Of a DNA stretch of 48,883 nt, positions 8,562 to 15,137 are shown piece after piece. The translations under genes and the position numbers were made by a program. Below the pieces are notes generated by a model, which saw nothing but the letters and a program-made list of their open reading frames with translations, ran no database searches and was not told the origin of the DNA. The number at the start of each line of letters is the position of its first letter. Within the stretch, counting starts at the first letter, position 1. The stretch is taken from positions 1-48,883 of the IMG/VR virus record IMGVR_UViG_3300031616_000011; one strand, given 5' to 3'. This DNA is from a virus.

Positions 8562-10145
8562 CTACCCGACGGGTGGGACGTTTTCCGCCAGCCATGGCCA
8601 GGTCGCGTTCCGACCGGCCTCGATCAGGGGCACCATCTTGAACGTCGCGTCGGTCAGGCCGCCCATCTCGACCCGGTTCGTCTTCCCGGCGTCGACCGCC
8701 CCGACCTTGTAGCCGCCGAGGTTGAAGCCGTACAGCGCCACGTTGCCCGGGACCGCGGTAGACACGTCGCCGGTCATGGTCTGCATGTCCGAGATCAGGA
8801 ACACCCGGTCGTGGCCCGACCACGTGCGCCGCAGCGAGCCCGCGATGTCGGTGCCGTGGCCGACCTCACCGGTGCGCTTCACGAACCGGTCGACTTCCTT
8901 CAGCACGCTGGCGCCCTTCGGCACGTCGTGGCGGAACACGCCGTCGGCGAAGCCGTGGACGTCCGCACCGCAGCGAGCGCCGAGCACCACGCCGAACACG
9001 GCCGCGGCCTTCGCCGGGGTCATCTTCGACTTCGCCGAGTAGGCCATGTTGGTCATGGACGCCGAGGTGTCGATGAGGACGAGGGTGCGGCCGTCGAGCC
9101 GCGGCACGTTGCCGAGCGCGGCGTTGAGCGCCTTGTCCAGGGCGTGGCCCCACCGCAGCGACGGAGCTGCCTCGTACGCCGCGAGGAACCGGTACGGGAA
9201 CTGGCGGGACTTCGCCACCTGCGCGGGGTCGGCCAGGCGGGCGGCCACCGTGTCCGCGACGTCGTCGGAGACGCCCGCCTCGTCGAAGTTCCGGAGGTTC
9301 CGCAGCAGCGCCATGTAGCCCATCGACGGGATCAGCGCAGCCCACAGCTTCGCCTTGTCGACCGTCGGGCCCGCCAGGGACAGCGCGTCCTCCCACGTCA
9401 TGCCCGCACGCTTGAGCGCGTCGGCGTTCAGCAGAGACTCCGGCTCCTCCTTGACCACGCCGCGGAGCCACGCGTTGAAGCTCACCATCGACAGTCCGGA
9501 CGGGATCGTGTCGCCGCGGCCGTGCCGCCGGTCCAGCGCGTAGCTGAACAGTTCGCCCTGCCACGGTTCCTTCGGTGACGGGTGGACGAGGTCGAGGACA
9601 TCGCCGAATCGGTAGCCCTTGCTCACCGTGTCGTACCGCAGGAGCGAATACTCCGTGTAGAGCCGCACCGCCGCGTCCGCGACACCGCGCTTGACCGGCT
9701 TCGGGATCGCCCGGCCGTAGCGGGACGTCCAGTAGGCGAGGGCCTCGCCGGGCTCGTCGGCGCGCTGGAGCACGCTGGCCACGATCGGACGGGCGCCGGG
9801 CACCTTCGCCGCAACCATCGCCTTCGCAGCCTCCAGCGCGCCGACCAGGGAGGCGGAACGCATGTTGCCGTCGCCGCGCAGCCAGCCGAGGAAACCGGCC
9901 GTCCAGTGCGGGTCGGCGACCGCGGTCTGCGCGACCAGCGACCGGTATCGGGCGTCGCGGTCGGTCGCGCCCTCATAGAACGTCTGCTCCCCGACCATGT
10001 TCGCGACCGCGAGGAGGAACAGCTCCGACTTGACCGTGCGGGCGTAGCCGGGCGCGCCCTCGTACGTTGAGCCGGTCGGCTGCGCTGCGGTCTCGATCGG
10101 ACCCTTGGCCACCACGCGGTGGTCGACGACGTTGAACTTGGTCAT
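8562..10145 (-). CDS. rsr: Ro60 orthologue (Rsr): TROVE domain plus vWA domain
   Basis: 527 aa from ATG 10145 (GAGGAG upstream). TROVE-like motifs FYEGATDRDARYRSLV and MGYMALLRNLRNF. The C-terminal vWA domain has MIDAS residues (LIDTSASM, GHGTD, ISDMQ). Y-RNA-like modules lie immediately upstream. Confidence 0.85.
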   Translation of the reverse strand: MTKFNVVDHRVVAKGPIETAAQPTGSTYEGAPGYARTVKSELFLLAVANMVGEQTFYEGATDRDARYRSLVAQTAVADPHWTAGFLGWLRGDGNMRSASLVGALEAAKAMVAAKVPGARPIVASVLQRADEPGEALAYWTSRYGRAIPKPVKRGVADAAVRLYTEYSLLRYDTVSKGYRFGDVLDLVHPSPKEPWQGELFSYALDRRHGRGDTIPSGLSMVSFNAWLRGVVKEEPESLLNADALKRAGMTWEDALSLAGPTVDKAKLWAALIPSMGYMALLRNLRNFDEAGVSDDVADTVAARLADPAQVAKSRQFPYRFLAAYEAAPSLRWGHALDKALNAALGNVPRLDGRTLVLIDTSASMTNMAYSAKSKMTPAKAAAVFGVVLGARCGADVHGFADGVFRHDVPKGASVLKEVDRFVKRTGEVGHGTDIAGSLRRTWSGHDRVFLISDMQTMTGDVSTAVPGNVALYGFNLGGYKVGAVDAGKTNRVEMGGLTDATFKMVPLIEAGRNATWPWLAENVPPVG

Positions 10146-10147
10146 GC

Positions 10148-10184
10148 GAAACGGGCTCCTCACGTGACGTGGGGAGCCCGTTTC
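10148..10184 (-). promoter_or_regulatory. 12-bp hairpin between the Y-RNA array and rsr; it sequesters the rsr Shine-Dalgarno
   Basis: Minus strand reads GAAACGGGCUCC-13 nt loop-GGAGCCCGUUUC followed by GCAUG. The GGAG of the 3' arm is the rsr SD. It could also act as a weak terminator or 3'-end former for the RNA array. Confidence 0.5.
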
Positions 10185-10190
10185 CAGAAA

Positions 10191-10337
10191 GCTGTGCCCG
10201 AGGTCAAGGCGGATCCGGTGACGTTTAGCGCTCTACCACTGAGCTACATCCCAGGTCTGACCCGGGACGACGGGATTCGAACCCGCGACCTCTCTATCCC
10301 AAATAGAAGTAACCGAGTCCTGCGCACCGGGCACAGC
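10191..10337 (-). ncRNA. yrlA: Y RNA, YrlA-like, with a complete circularly permuted tRNA-like domain (module 1)
   Basis: Terminal stem GCUGUGCCCG/CGGGCACAGC. Second helix GGACUCGGUUAC/GUCACCGGAUCC (10 of 12 pairs). T arm GCGGG-UUCGAAU-CCCGU. A 9-bp acceptor-like stem CGUCCCGGG/CCUGGGAUG is closed by a UCAGA loop. D arm GCUC-AGUGGUA-GAGC. Ends about 45 nt upstream of rsr on the same strand. Confidence 0.75.
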
Positions 10338-10351
10338 ATCTGAAGTTGTGA

Positions 10352-10481
10352 CTCCCCGAGATCAATTACAGGCTGACGGGATGCCACACGCCACGTGGCT
10401 GGCGAGCCGCGACCTTGCGGGAGCGGCTGCCTGGATTCGAACCAGATCCCAGAAGGAACCGTCGACCAGCGCACCGGGGAG
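10352..10481 (-). ncRNA. Y-RNA-like module 2 (T arm retained, divergent effector domain)
   Basis: Terminal stem CUCCCCG/CGGGGAG with the same flanking CGGUGCGC and UUGAUCUCGG strands as module 1. Inner helix GACGG/CCGUC. T arm UCUGG-UUCGAAU-CCAGG. Hairpin AGCCGC..CC-GCAA-GG..GCGGCU. Hairpin CGCCA-GCCACG-UGGCG. Confidence 0.6.
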
Positions 10482-10499
10482 GTGCATATCAAGTTGAGC

Positions 10500-10573
10500 C
10501 CCACCGAGATCAAAGCGCCTGCGGAACCGGTCAAAATCGCATTTGAAGTAACCGCGGGCTGCGCACCGATGGG
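10500..10573 (-). ncRNA. Y-RNA-like module 3 (minimal, no tRNA-like elements)
   Basis: Terminal stem CCCAUCG/CGGUGGG (one G-U) with the same CGGUGCGC .. CGGUUACUUC and UUGAUCUCGG strands. Only a short internal hairpin, CGGUU/GACCG. Confidence 0.5.
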
Positions 10574-10603
10574 AACGATCCTGACGCTAACCCACCCTGG
10601 ACC

Positions 10604-10744
10604 TCAGGAGCAAACACGTTTCGTGCCAACCGCCTTCTCCGGGTCCCAACCCGCATCGGCGAGCAGCTTCAGGGCTTCGCCGGAGACCCGGTAGCCCTTC
10701 CGTTCGCAAAGGCGATGGAAGCCGTACCCGTCGCGGAGCTCCAC
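10604..10744 (-). CDS. Possible small protein, 46 aa
   Basis: Below the track cutoff. GTG 10744 lies 2 nt after the upstream stop. High GC3. Translation: VELRDGYGFHRLCERKGYRVSGEALKLLADAGWDPEKAVGTKRVCS. The region could instead be the promoter leader for the RNA array. Confidence 0.35.
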   Translation of the reverse strand: MELRDGYGFHRLCERKGYRVSGEALKLLADAGWDPEKAVGTKRVCS

Positions 10745-10746
10745 CG

Positions 10747-10998
10747 TCAGCCCCCGATCCACAGCTCGACCGCACCGTGCGCATGGATGGCCGCGATCAG
10801 GTCGGCAGCGCCATCCACACCACAGTCGGCGAGCCCTTCGAGATACGGCACCATCGCTGGGCCCACCTCGACCTTGTTGCCGTGGATCGAGCCGTCATGG
10901 CCCCACAGGCGCGGGGCGATCTTCTTCTTCAGGTCGAAGTCGAGCGTGCGCTCCGGGTCAGGCTTCGGTACCGGGCACCAGTAGAGGCTGCTGCTCAC
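10747..10998 (-). CDS. Hypothetical protein, 83 aa
   Basis: GTG 10998 in a GTGA overlap with the upstream stop. The track N-terminus is an Arg/Gly shadow. Confidence 0.55.
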   Translation of the reverse strand: MSSSLYWCPVPKPDPERTLDFDLKKKIAPRLWGHDGSIHGNKVEVGPAMVPYLEGLADCGVDGAADLIAAIHAHGAVELWIGG

Positions 10999-11246
10999 GT
11001 GCTGGCCGCCTTTCGGGGATCGCCGGTGCTCCGGAGCTTCGCCAACGCCACCTGAGCCTCGGCGATGAACCGCTCCATCGCCGCGACCGCCTCGGCGTGC
11101 GGTGCACCGGCGCGCCACTCACCGGCGATGTCCCAGGAGTCGCACTGGTGGGGCAGGTAGACACGCCAGCCCGTGACATCCTCCGCGTAGCCGTCAGCGC
11201 CCCAGATCGGTTCGGGCTCGACGGTGAAGCCGAACGGCTTGCTCAT
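10995..11246 (-). CDS. Hypothetical protein, 83 aa
   Basis: ATG 11246 in an ATGA overlap with the upstream gene (MSKPFGFTVEPEPIWGADGY). Confidence 0.6.
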   Translation of the reverse strand: MSKPFGFTVEPEPIWGADGYAEDVTGWRVYLPHQCDSWDIAGEWRAGAPHAEAVAAMERFIAEAQVALAKLRSTGDPRKAAST

Positions 11247-11563
11247 GCCACCTGTCCTCTCTCGCAGCCACACTCACACGGGTCGGGGTGCGCCATGGTC
11301 ATCAGCTCTCGGCAGTCGTAGAGCAGCGTGTCGGCGCCGTCCGTCAGCCGCCACACGGTTTCGGGCAGCCACTCATCGAGGACGACGGCCAGGCCGACCA
11401 CCGTGACCTCACGGCCGCTAGGCGAGAATCCGAAGGTCGTCCACGGCGGCTCCATGGTCAGCACCGCGCGGTAGGCGAGGTGGCCGCAGCGGAACCGCTC
11501 GACCTTCCGCCGGTCACGCCGCATCGCGTCCATGGCGCCAAGCACCTCGCGGGCCGTCACCAT
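11243..11563 (-). CDS. Hypothetical protein, 106 aa, C-terminal HPDPCEC tail
   Basis: ATG 11563 overlaps the upstream stop. It ends in HPDPCECGCERGQVA, encoded by a 21-nt string repeated at 12037..12057. Confidence 0.6.
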   Translation of the reverse strand: MVTAREVLGAMDAMRRDRRKVERFRCGHLAYRAVLTMEPPWTTFGFSPSGREVTVVGLAVVLDEWLPETVWRLTDGADTLLYDCRELMTMAHPDPCECGCERGQVA

Positions 11564-11997
11564 GGCGTCACCGTGTCCCACGAGATTGCGGCGTCCGACT
11601 TGAGCACCACGTGCCCGTAGTCGCGGCCGGGCAGGACGGTCGTCGCACGCGGGTACGTCCACCGCGTCAGCACGTCGACCCGGGTGCGATGGCTGTGCGT
11701 TTCGTCTATGAACCTAGGTTCGCGCAGCCAGCGACCCCACCAGCGTTGCCGGTACGTCGCTGCGAAGTGATCCCGCCACGTCGCGAACCGGGGCACCTCG
11801 AACTCCACAACGTCGTCGAGATGCGTCGGCGGGAGTTGCTCAGCGAACAGGCCTACCTCCAGCGCCGCCACGATATCCCCGGTCAGTACGTCGGCGTACT
11901 CCTCGACGCGCAGAGACTCCGCCACCTGCCGGCCGATCCGCTGCTGTATGGCGTAGCGCAGCCGCTGGACTGTGACCTGATTGAACAGCGCGCTCAC
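11557..11997 (-). CDS. Hypothetical protein, 146 aa
   Basis: GTG 11997 in a GTGA overlap. Balanced composition (Trp/Arg-rich C-terminal half). Confidence 0.7.
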   Translation of the reverse strand: MSALFNQVTVQRLRYAIQQRIGRQVAESLRVEEYADVLTGDIVAALEVGLFAEQLPPTHLDDVVEFEVPRFATWRDHFAATYRQRWWGRWLREPRFIDETHSHRTRVDVLTRWTYPRATTVLPGRDYGHVVLKSDAAISWDTVTPW

Positions 11998-12686
11998 GCC
12001 ACCCGTCCCCTCTCGGTGATCTCTTCATAGCTCTTGCACTCACACGGGTCGGGGTGCTCGACCTCGACCTCTGTCTTGCACTCTCCGCACCGCCACGCTG
12101 GGTCGCCGCTGTTCCGCCGGAGCGCTGCCGTACCACAACTCGGGCACGCCAGCGGCGAGTACTCCGGGCGCCGGCTGACCGCCAGCACGCTGCGGCAGGT
12201 GTACAGCGTCATCGTGAGCTCGCGGGCGAACTCGTCGATTGCCGGGTGGACGTCCAACGCCCACGGGAGACGTCTGGACAGCCAGGACACGAGCGCATCG
12301 ACGGTCGGGTCGGGTAGCTCCTCGTCCTCGCGGATCGCTGACCAGTCGCGGGCCCAGGAGTCCAGGATCGCTGCGACCGCGACCGGGCCCTCCTGGTCGC
12401 CGCGGTAGTCCTGGACCTCCACCGTGCTGGGTCGGCCGGCGAGGTCGAGGGCGGTCGCGCGCAGCGGCAGCCCCGGATCCCGGTGGACGCGGCCCGGCAG
12501 CCGCTCACCCTGGCCGGGGATCAGCGCGTACGGGAGCAGGGCGTGGAGGTCGCGTAGCTCCCACAGGGCCTGAGCGAGGCGGTTGCGGTCCCGGGTGCAC
12601 ACCGGGGGCTGGTTGGGCTCGACCTGCTGGCACACGATGCACAAGAGCGCACCGGAGGGGCCACGGGGACGCTGGTCGTCAGGCAT
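11994..12686 (-). CDS. Zinc-ribbon protein, 230 aa, C-terminal HPDPCEC tail
   Basis: ATG 12686 after GGGTGGAG. N-terminal CIVCQQ..C and C-terminal CPSCG-x14-CGEC zinc ribbon. Ends in HPDPCECKSYEEITERGRVA. Confidence 0.65.
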   Translation of the reverse strand: MPDDQRPRGPSGALLCIVCQQVEPNQPPVCTRDRNRLAQALWELRDLHALLPYALIPGQGERLPGRVHRDPGLPLRATALDLAGRPSTVEVQDYRGDQEGPVAVAAILDSWARDWSAIREDEELPDPTVDALVSWLSRRLPWALDVHPAIDEFARELTMTLYTCRSVLAVSRRPEYSPLACPSCGTAALRRNSGDPAWRCGECKTEVEVEHPDPCECKSYEEITERGRVA

Positions 12687-12891
12687 GCCACTCCACCCAT
12701 GTCGGATTCTGCGGGCCGACCGGCGCCCCAGGATGAGGGGTGCGCGGCGAGCCGTGCGGCCCGGAGTGCGCCGCTGGCAGGCCACACCACGCCTTGGTCC
12801 AACTGATCACCGAGCAGTGGCCGTCGGCGACGTGCCGGTCGTGCGGCTCGGCGGGGCCGGTCGGGGAGCCACGAGGACGGTCGTCAGCCAC
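12679..12891 (-). CDS. Possible small protein, 70 aa
   Basis: GTG start and stop both sit in 8-nt overlaps with neighbours, which fits the local coupling pattern. Pro/His-rich composition makes the call weak. Confidence 0.35.
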   Translation of the reverse strand: MADDRPRGSPTGPAEPHDRHVADGHCSVISWTKAWCGLPAAHSGPHGSPRTPHPGAPVGPQNPTWVEWHA

Positions 12892-13168
12892 GGGTCACCC
12901 ACTTCCGCGCCTCGCGATCCCAGCGGGCGTTCACACCCAGGACGTAGCCGCGCGCCTCCGTGTTGTGGCCGTATGCAACGGCAGCGGGGAGTATCCAGCC
13001 GCCCTGGATGAGCATCAGCGGGAACGAGGGCTCGCCGAACGTGAGCCCGACGGCGACCTGTACCGCGAACGCCACGCAAGCCACGATGGTCCACCGGACG
13101 GCCAGCTGTCGGTGCCGACGGACCGGCAGTAACTGAAGGGTCGGGTCGTCGTCAGGCAAGGCAGTCAC
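12884..13168 (-). CDS. Membrane protein, 94 aa (two predicted TM segments)
   Basis: GTG 13168 in a GTGA overlap. Hydrophobic stretches WTIVACVAFAVQVAVGLTF and LMLIQGGWILPAAVAY. Confidence 0.55.
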   Translation of the reverse strand: MTALPDDDPTLQLLPVRRHRQLAVRWTIVACVAFAVQVAVGLTFGEPSFPLMLIQGGWILPAAVAYGHNTEARGYVLGVNARWDREARKWVTRG

Positions 13169-13329
13169 GTCCTGCACGGCCGGCAGTCCCGGACCCTCGC
13201 GAGCCTCTCCCGCTCGACCTGCTGCGGGTAGATCGGGCCGTCGGAGTCCGGGACGTTCCACTGCTGGAGTTGCTCGTGCTGGTAGACCACGGCGTCGATC
13301 CGGTCGAGCAGGGTGCGGAGATCAGCCAT
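13165..13329 (-). CDS. Small protein, 54 aa
   Basis: Below the track cutoff. ATG 13329 sits in an ATGGCTGA overlap with the upstream stop. Its own stop overlaps the next GTG. Translation begins MADLRTLLDRIDAVVYQHEQLQQWNVPDSDGPIYPQQVERERLARV. Confidence 0.45.
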   Translation of the reverse strand: MADLRTLLDRIDAVVYQHEQLQQWNVPDSDGPIYPQQVERERLARVRDCRPCRT

Positions 13330-13585
13330 CCTTGGCCTCCCGCTCCCGCAGCGACGCGCGCACCGTGGTGGCCGGCATCAGGTCGACCTCCACCCCGTCG
13401 ACGAGCCGACCCTTCCACACGTGGACCCGATGCCGGCGGTCGTTCACGTCACCAACCGTGCCGACGCGCCGCTTCACCTCGGACTCGACGATGTCGGCGA
13501 TGGACGGATGGTCGCTGGCGATCGCCGAGACCGGCCACTCGCCGTCGACCGTGATCAGGTAGACGTACTCCGGCAGGTCAGCCAT
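13322..13585 (-). CDS. Hypothetical protein, 87 aa
   Basis: ATG 13585 after GAGGTGG, overlapping the upstream stop (MADLPEYVYLITVDGEWPV). Confidence 0.6.
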   Translation of the reverse strand: MADLPEYVYLITVDGEWPVSAIASDHPSIADIVESEVKRRVGTVGDVNDRRHRVHVWKGRLVDGVEVDLMPATTVRASLREREAKDG

Positions 13586-14363
13586 GTTCCACCTCGGTGC
13601 GCTCTTCGGTTTCCTGTCGGCGGCCTCCCTCGGTGCCGTGGTCCCGGATCGCTTCCTCCAGCACCGAGATAGCCACATCCACAGGGTCGGAGTTGTCGCC
13701 CGCGTCGACGTGGAAGTACTGGTAGACCAGCTTGGCCAACTGGTAGGTGCGCCAGTTGTCGAACTCGTCCTCGGCGCGTCGGCGGCCTTCTTCTACACCA
13801 GCAGCCCACGCCTCGCCGTGCAGTCGGGCGACCTCGGAGAGCACCTTGTCTCGCATGTCGATCAGCGCCTCCTCGGCGACCACAACGCGGCCCCCGTCGC
13901 CGCGCCGTTCGCAGATGTCCCGGTACCGCTTCAACGCCAAGTCCAAGAACGCATCGACGGGAGGTGGCACCGGGACGGGCTCGTCGGCGAGCTGCGGCGT
14001 TGGTGGCGCGGCGAGCAGAGCCTCTGCCGCCTCGGCGAGGTCTCCCGGGTCGTAGCCTTCCTGACCGGCCGACCGCCACGCGGCGAGTTGGTACCGGAGC
14101 GTCTCCAGCGCGCTGGAAGGGTCGAGCACCAAACGGGCCGCCGGGGAGTCGAGGGGAGTGCTCCCCGCGACCGGCAGCGAGACGGCGGCGATCGGGTCGT
14201 CTGCCCAGAGGGCGTCGTCCTCTTCGCCGTTGAGTAGCGCCACGACCGCGATCGCGTCCACAGCCTCGGTGAACACCGCGACGCGCGGGTCCTCGTCGCT
14301 GGGCCCGTCGCCGAGCTGCCGGTACACGATGTCGGAATGGGACCGTCCGAGCCGGTACCTCAT
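13578..14363 (-). CDS. Hypothetical protein, 261 aa (acidic)
   Basis: ATG 14363 shares one nt with the upstream TGA. Long ORF with balanced, acidic composition. Confidence 0.75.
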   Translation of the reverse strand: MRYRLGRSHSDIVYRQLGDGPSDEDPRVAVFTEAVDAIAVVALLNGEEDDALWADDPIAAVSLPVAGSTPLDSPAARLVLDPSSALETLRYQLAAWRSAGQEGYDPGDLAEAAEALLAAPPTPQLADEPVPVPPPVDAFLDLALKRYRDICERRGDGGRVVVAEEALIDMRDKVLSEVARLHGEAWAAGVEEGRRRAEDEFDNWRTYQLAKLVYQYFHVDAGDNSDPVDVAISVLEEAIRDHGTEGGRRQETEERTEVEHG

Positions 14364-14623
14364 CACGGTGTCTCTCCTATCCCCAGTGCCTCAGCGATGG
14401 CAGTGATGGTCGGGCATGGCCACGAGGAGAGGCTTTCGGTCGCAGGCCATATGAATCCCGTGCACCAGCCGCACCTGATGTGCTCATGCCGCAGCGAACA
14501 CGGGCCGCACGGGATGGGCGCGTGCAGCTCCACCACAGCCCTCACCGCCTTCCACGCGGTCAGGAGTCTGTGCGGGTCGTCGCGGTCTATCCGGGCACGC
14601 AGCCGCTCGTACAAGGTGCTCAC
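14363..14623 (-). CDS. Hypothetical Cys-containing protein, 86 aa
   Basis: GTG 14623 in a GTGA overlap with the 59-aa ORF upstream. Confidence 0.55.
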   Translation of the reverse strand: MSTLYERLRARIDRDDPHRLLTAWKAVRAVVELHAPIPCGPCSLRHEHIRCGWCTGFIWPATESLSSWPCPTITAIAEALGIGETP

Positions 14624-14799
14624 GAGGCGGCTCGCGGGTCTTCGCACTCCACGCGCGGCGCCGCGATGACGTGGATGTTGAACAACCGCCCGTTCTCGTC
14701 CTCGACCAGGACCCAGTCAGGGCCCCGGTCCTCGATCGAGTGGCCGCGACGCGATAACCCCTCGACGACCTCTTGCAACATGTCGACGTAGCCGCTCAT
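14620..14799 (-). CDS. Small protein, 59 aa
   Basis: Just below the track cutoff. ATG 14799 in an ATGA overlap. Translation begins MSGYVDMLQEVVEGLSRRGHSIEDRGPDWVLVEDENGRLFNIHVIAAPRVE. Confidence 0.5.
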   Translation of the reverse strand: MSGYVDMLQEVVEGLSRRGHSIEDRGPDWVLVEDENGRLFNIHVIAAPRVECEDPRAAS

Positions 14800-15137
14800 G
14801 TGGTAGCTCCAGAGGAGCTACCCGAGGACCCGGCGGCGGTGTCGAACGGGAGCGGGGTGGGCCAGACGTCGGCGAGCGGTTCCGGGCCGACGTACCGGAC
14901 GCACGGGCACGGCACGTATTCATGCCCGACCCATTCGCCGTACTTGTTGTACTTGCTCCGCTGCTGCTGGGCTGTGCAAGCCCGTTGCGTGGAGTCGTGG
15001 GCGTGGAGGCCGTGGCCACATCCGCACGTCGGCCCTTTCGGTGCGCTCGTGCGGACACGGGGACGGCGGATGCGGCCCAGGACGTACCCGGCGGCGAGCA
15101 GGCCTCCACCGGCGAGCATGGACAACGCGTCGATCAT
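14796..15137 (-). CDS. Membrane-anchored Cys/His-rich protein, 113 aa
   Basis: ATG 15137 in an ATGA overlap. N-terminal TM segment LSMLAGGGLLAAGYVLG, then CGCGHGLHAH .. CPC. Confidence 0.6.
   Translation of the reverse strand: MIDALSMLAGGGLLAAGYVLGRIRRPRVRTSAPKGPTCGCGHGLHAHDSTQRACTAQQQRSKYNKYGEWVGHEYVPCPCVRYVGPEPLADVWPTPLPFDTAAGSSGSSSGATT

Noticed and set aside
10205-10300. A conventional tRNA gene on the minus strand (canonical D arm and T arm present)
   Set aside because: The arm order is permuted: T arm and 3' acceptor strand precede the 5' acceptor strand and D arm. There is no anticodon arm, and the acceptor stem is closed by a loop. It is therefore a tRNA-like domain of a Y RNA beside rsr, not a tRNA.
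10265-10445. The two GGTTCGAATCC T-loop strings as an attP core derived from a host tRNA 3' end
   Set aside because: They are about 16 kb from the integrase. Each is embedded in a self-contained stem-closed RNA module adjacent to rsr, and neither is followed by a tRNA 3' acceptor/CCA context.
13152-13418. The 88-aa minus-strand track ORF
   Set aside because: Its composition is Ser/Thr/Arg/Gly shadow. The same interval is better explained by the coupled 54-aa ORF 13165..13329 in another frame plus the flanking genes.
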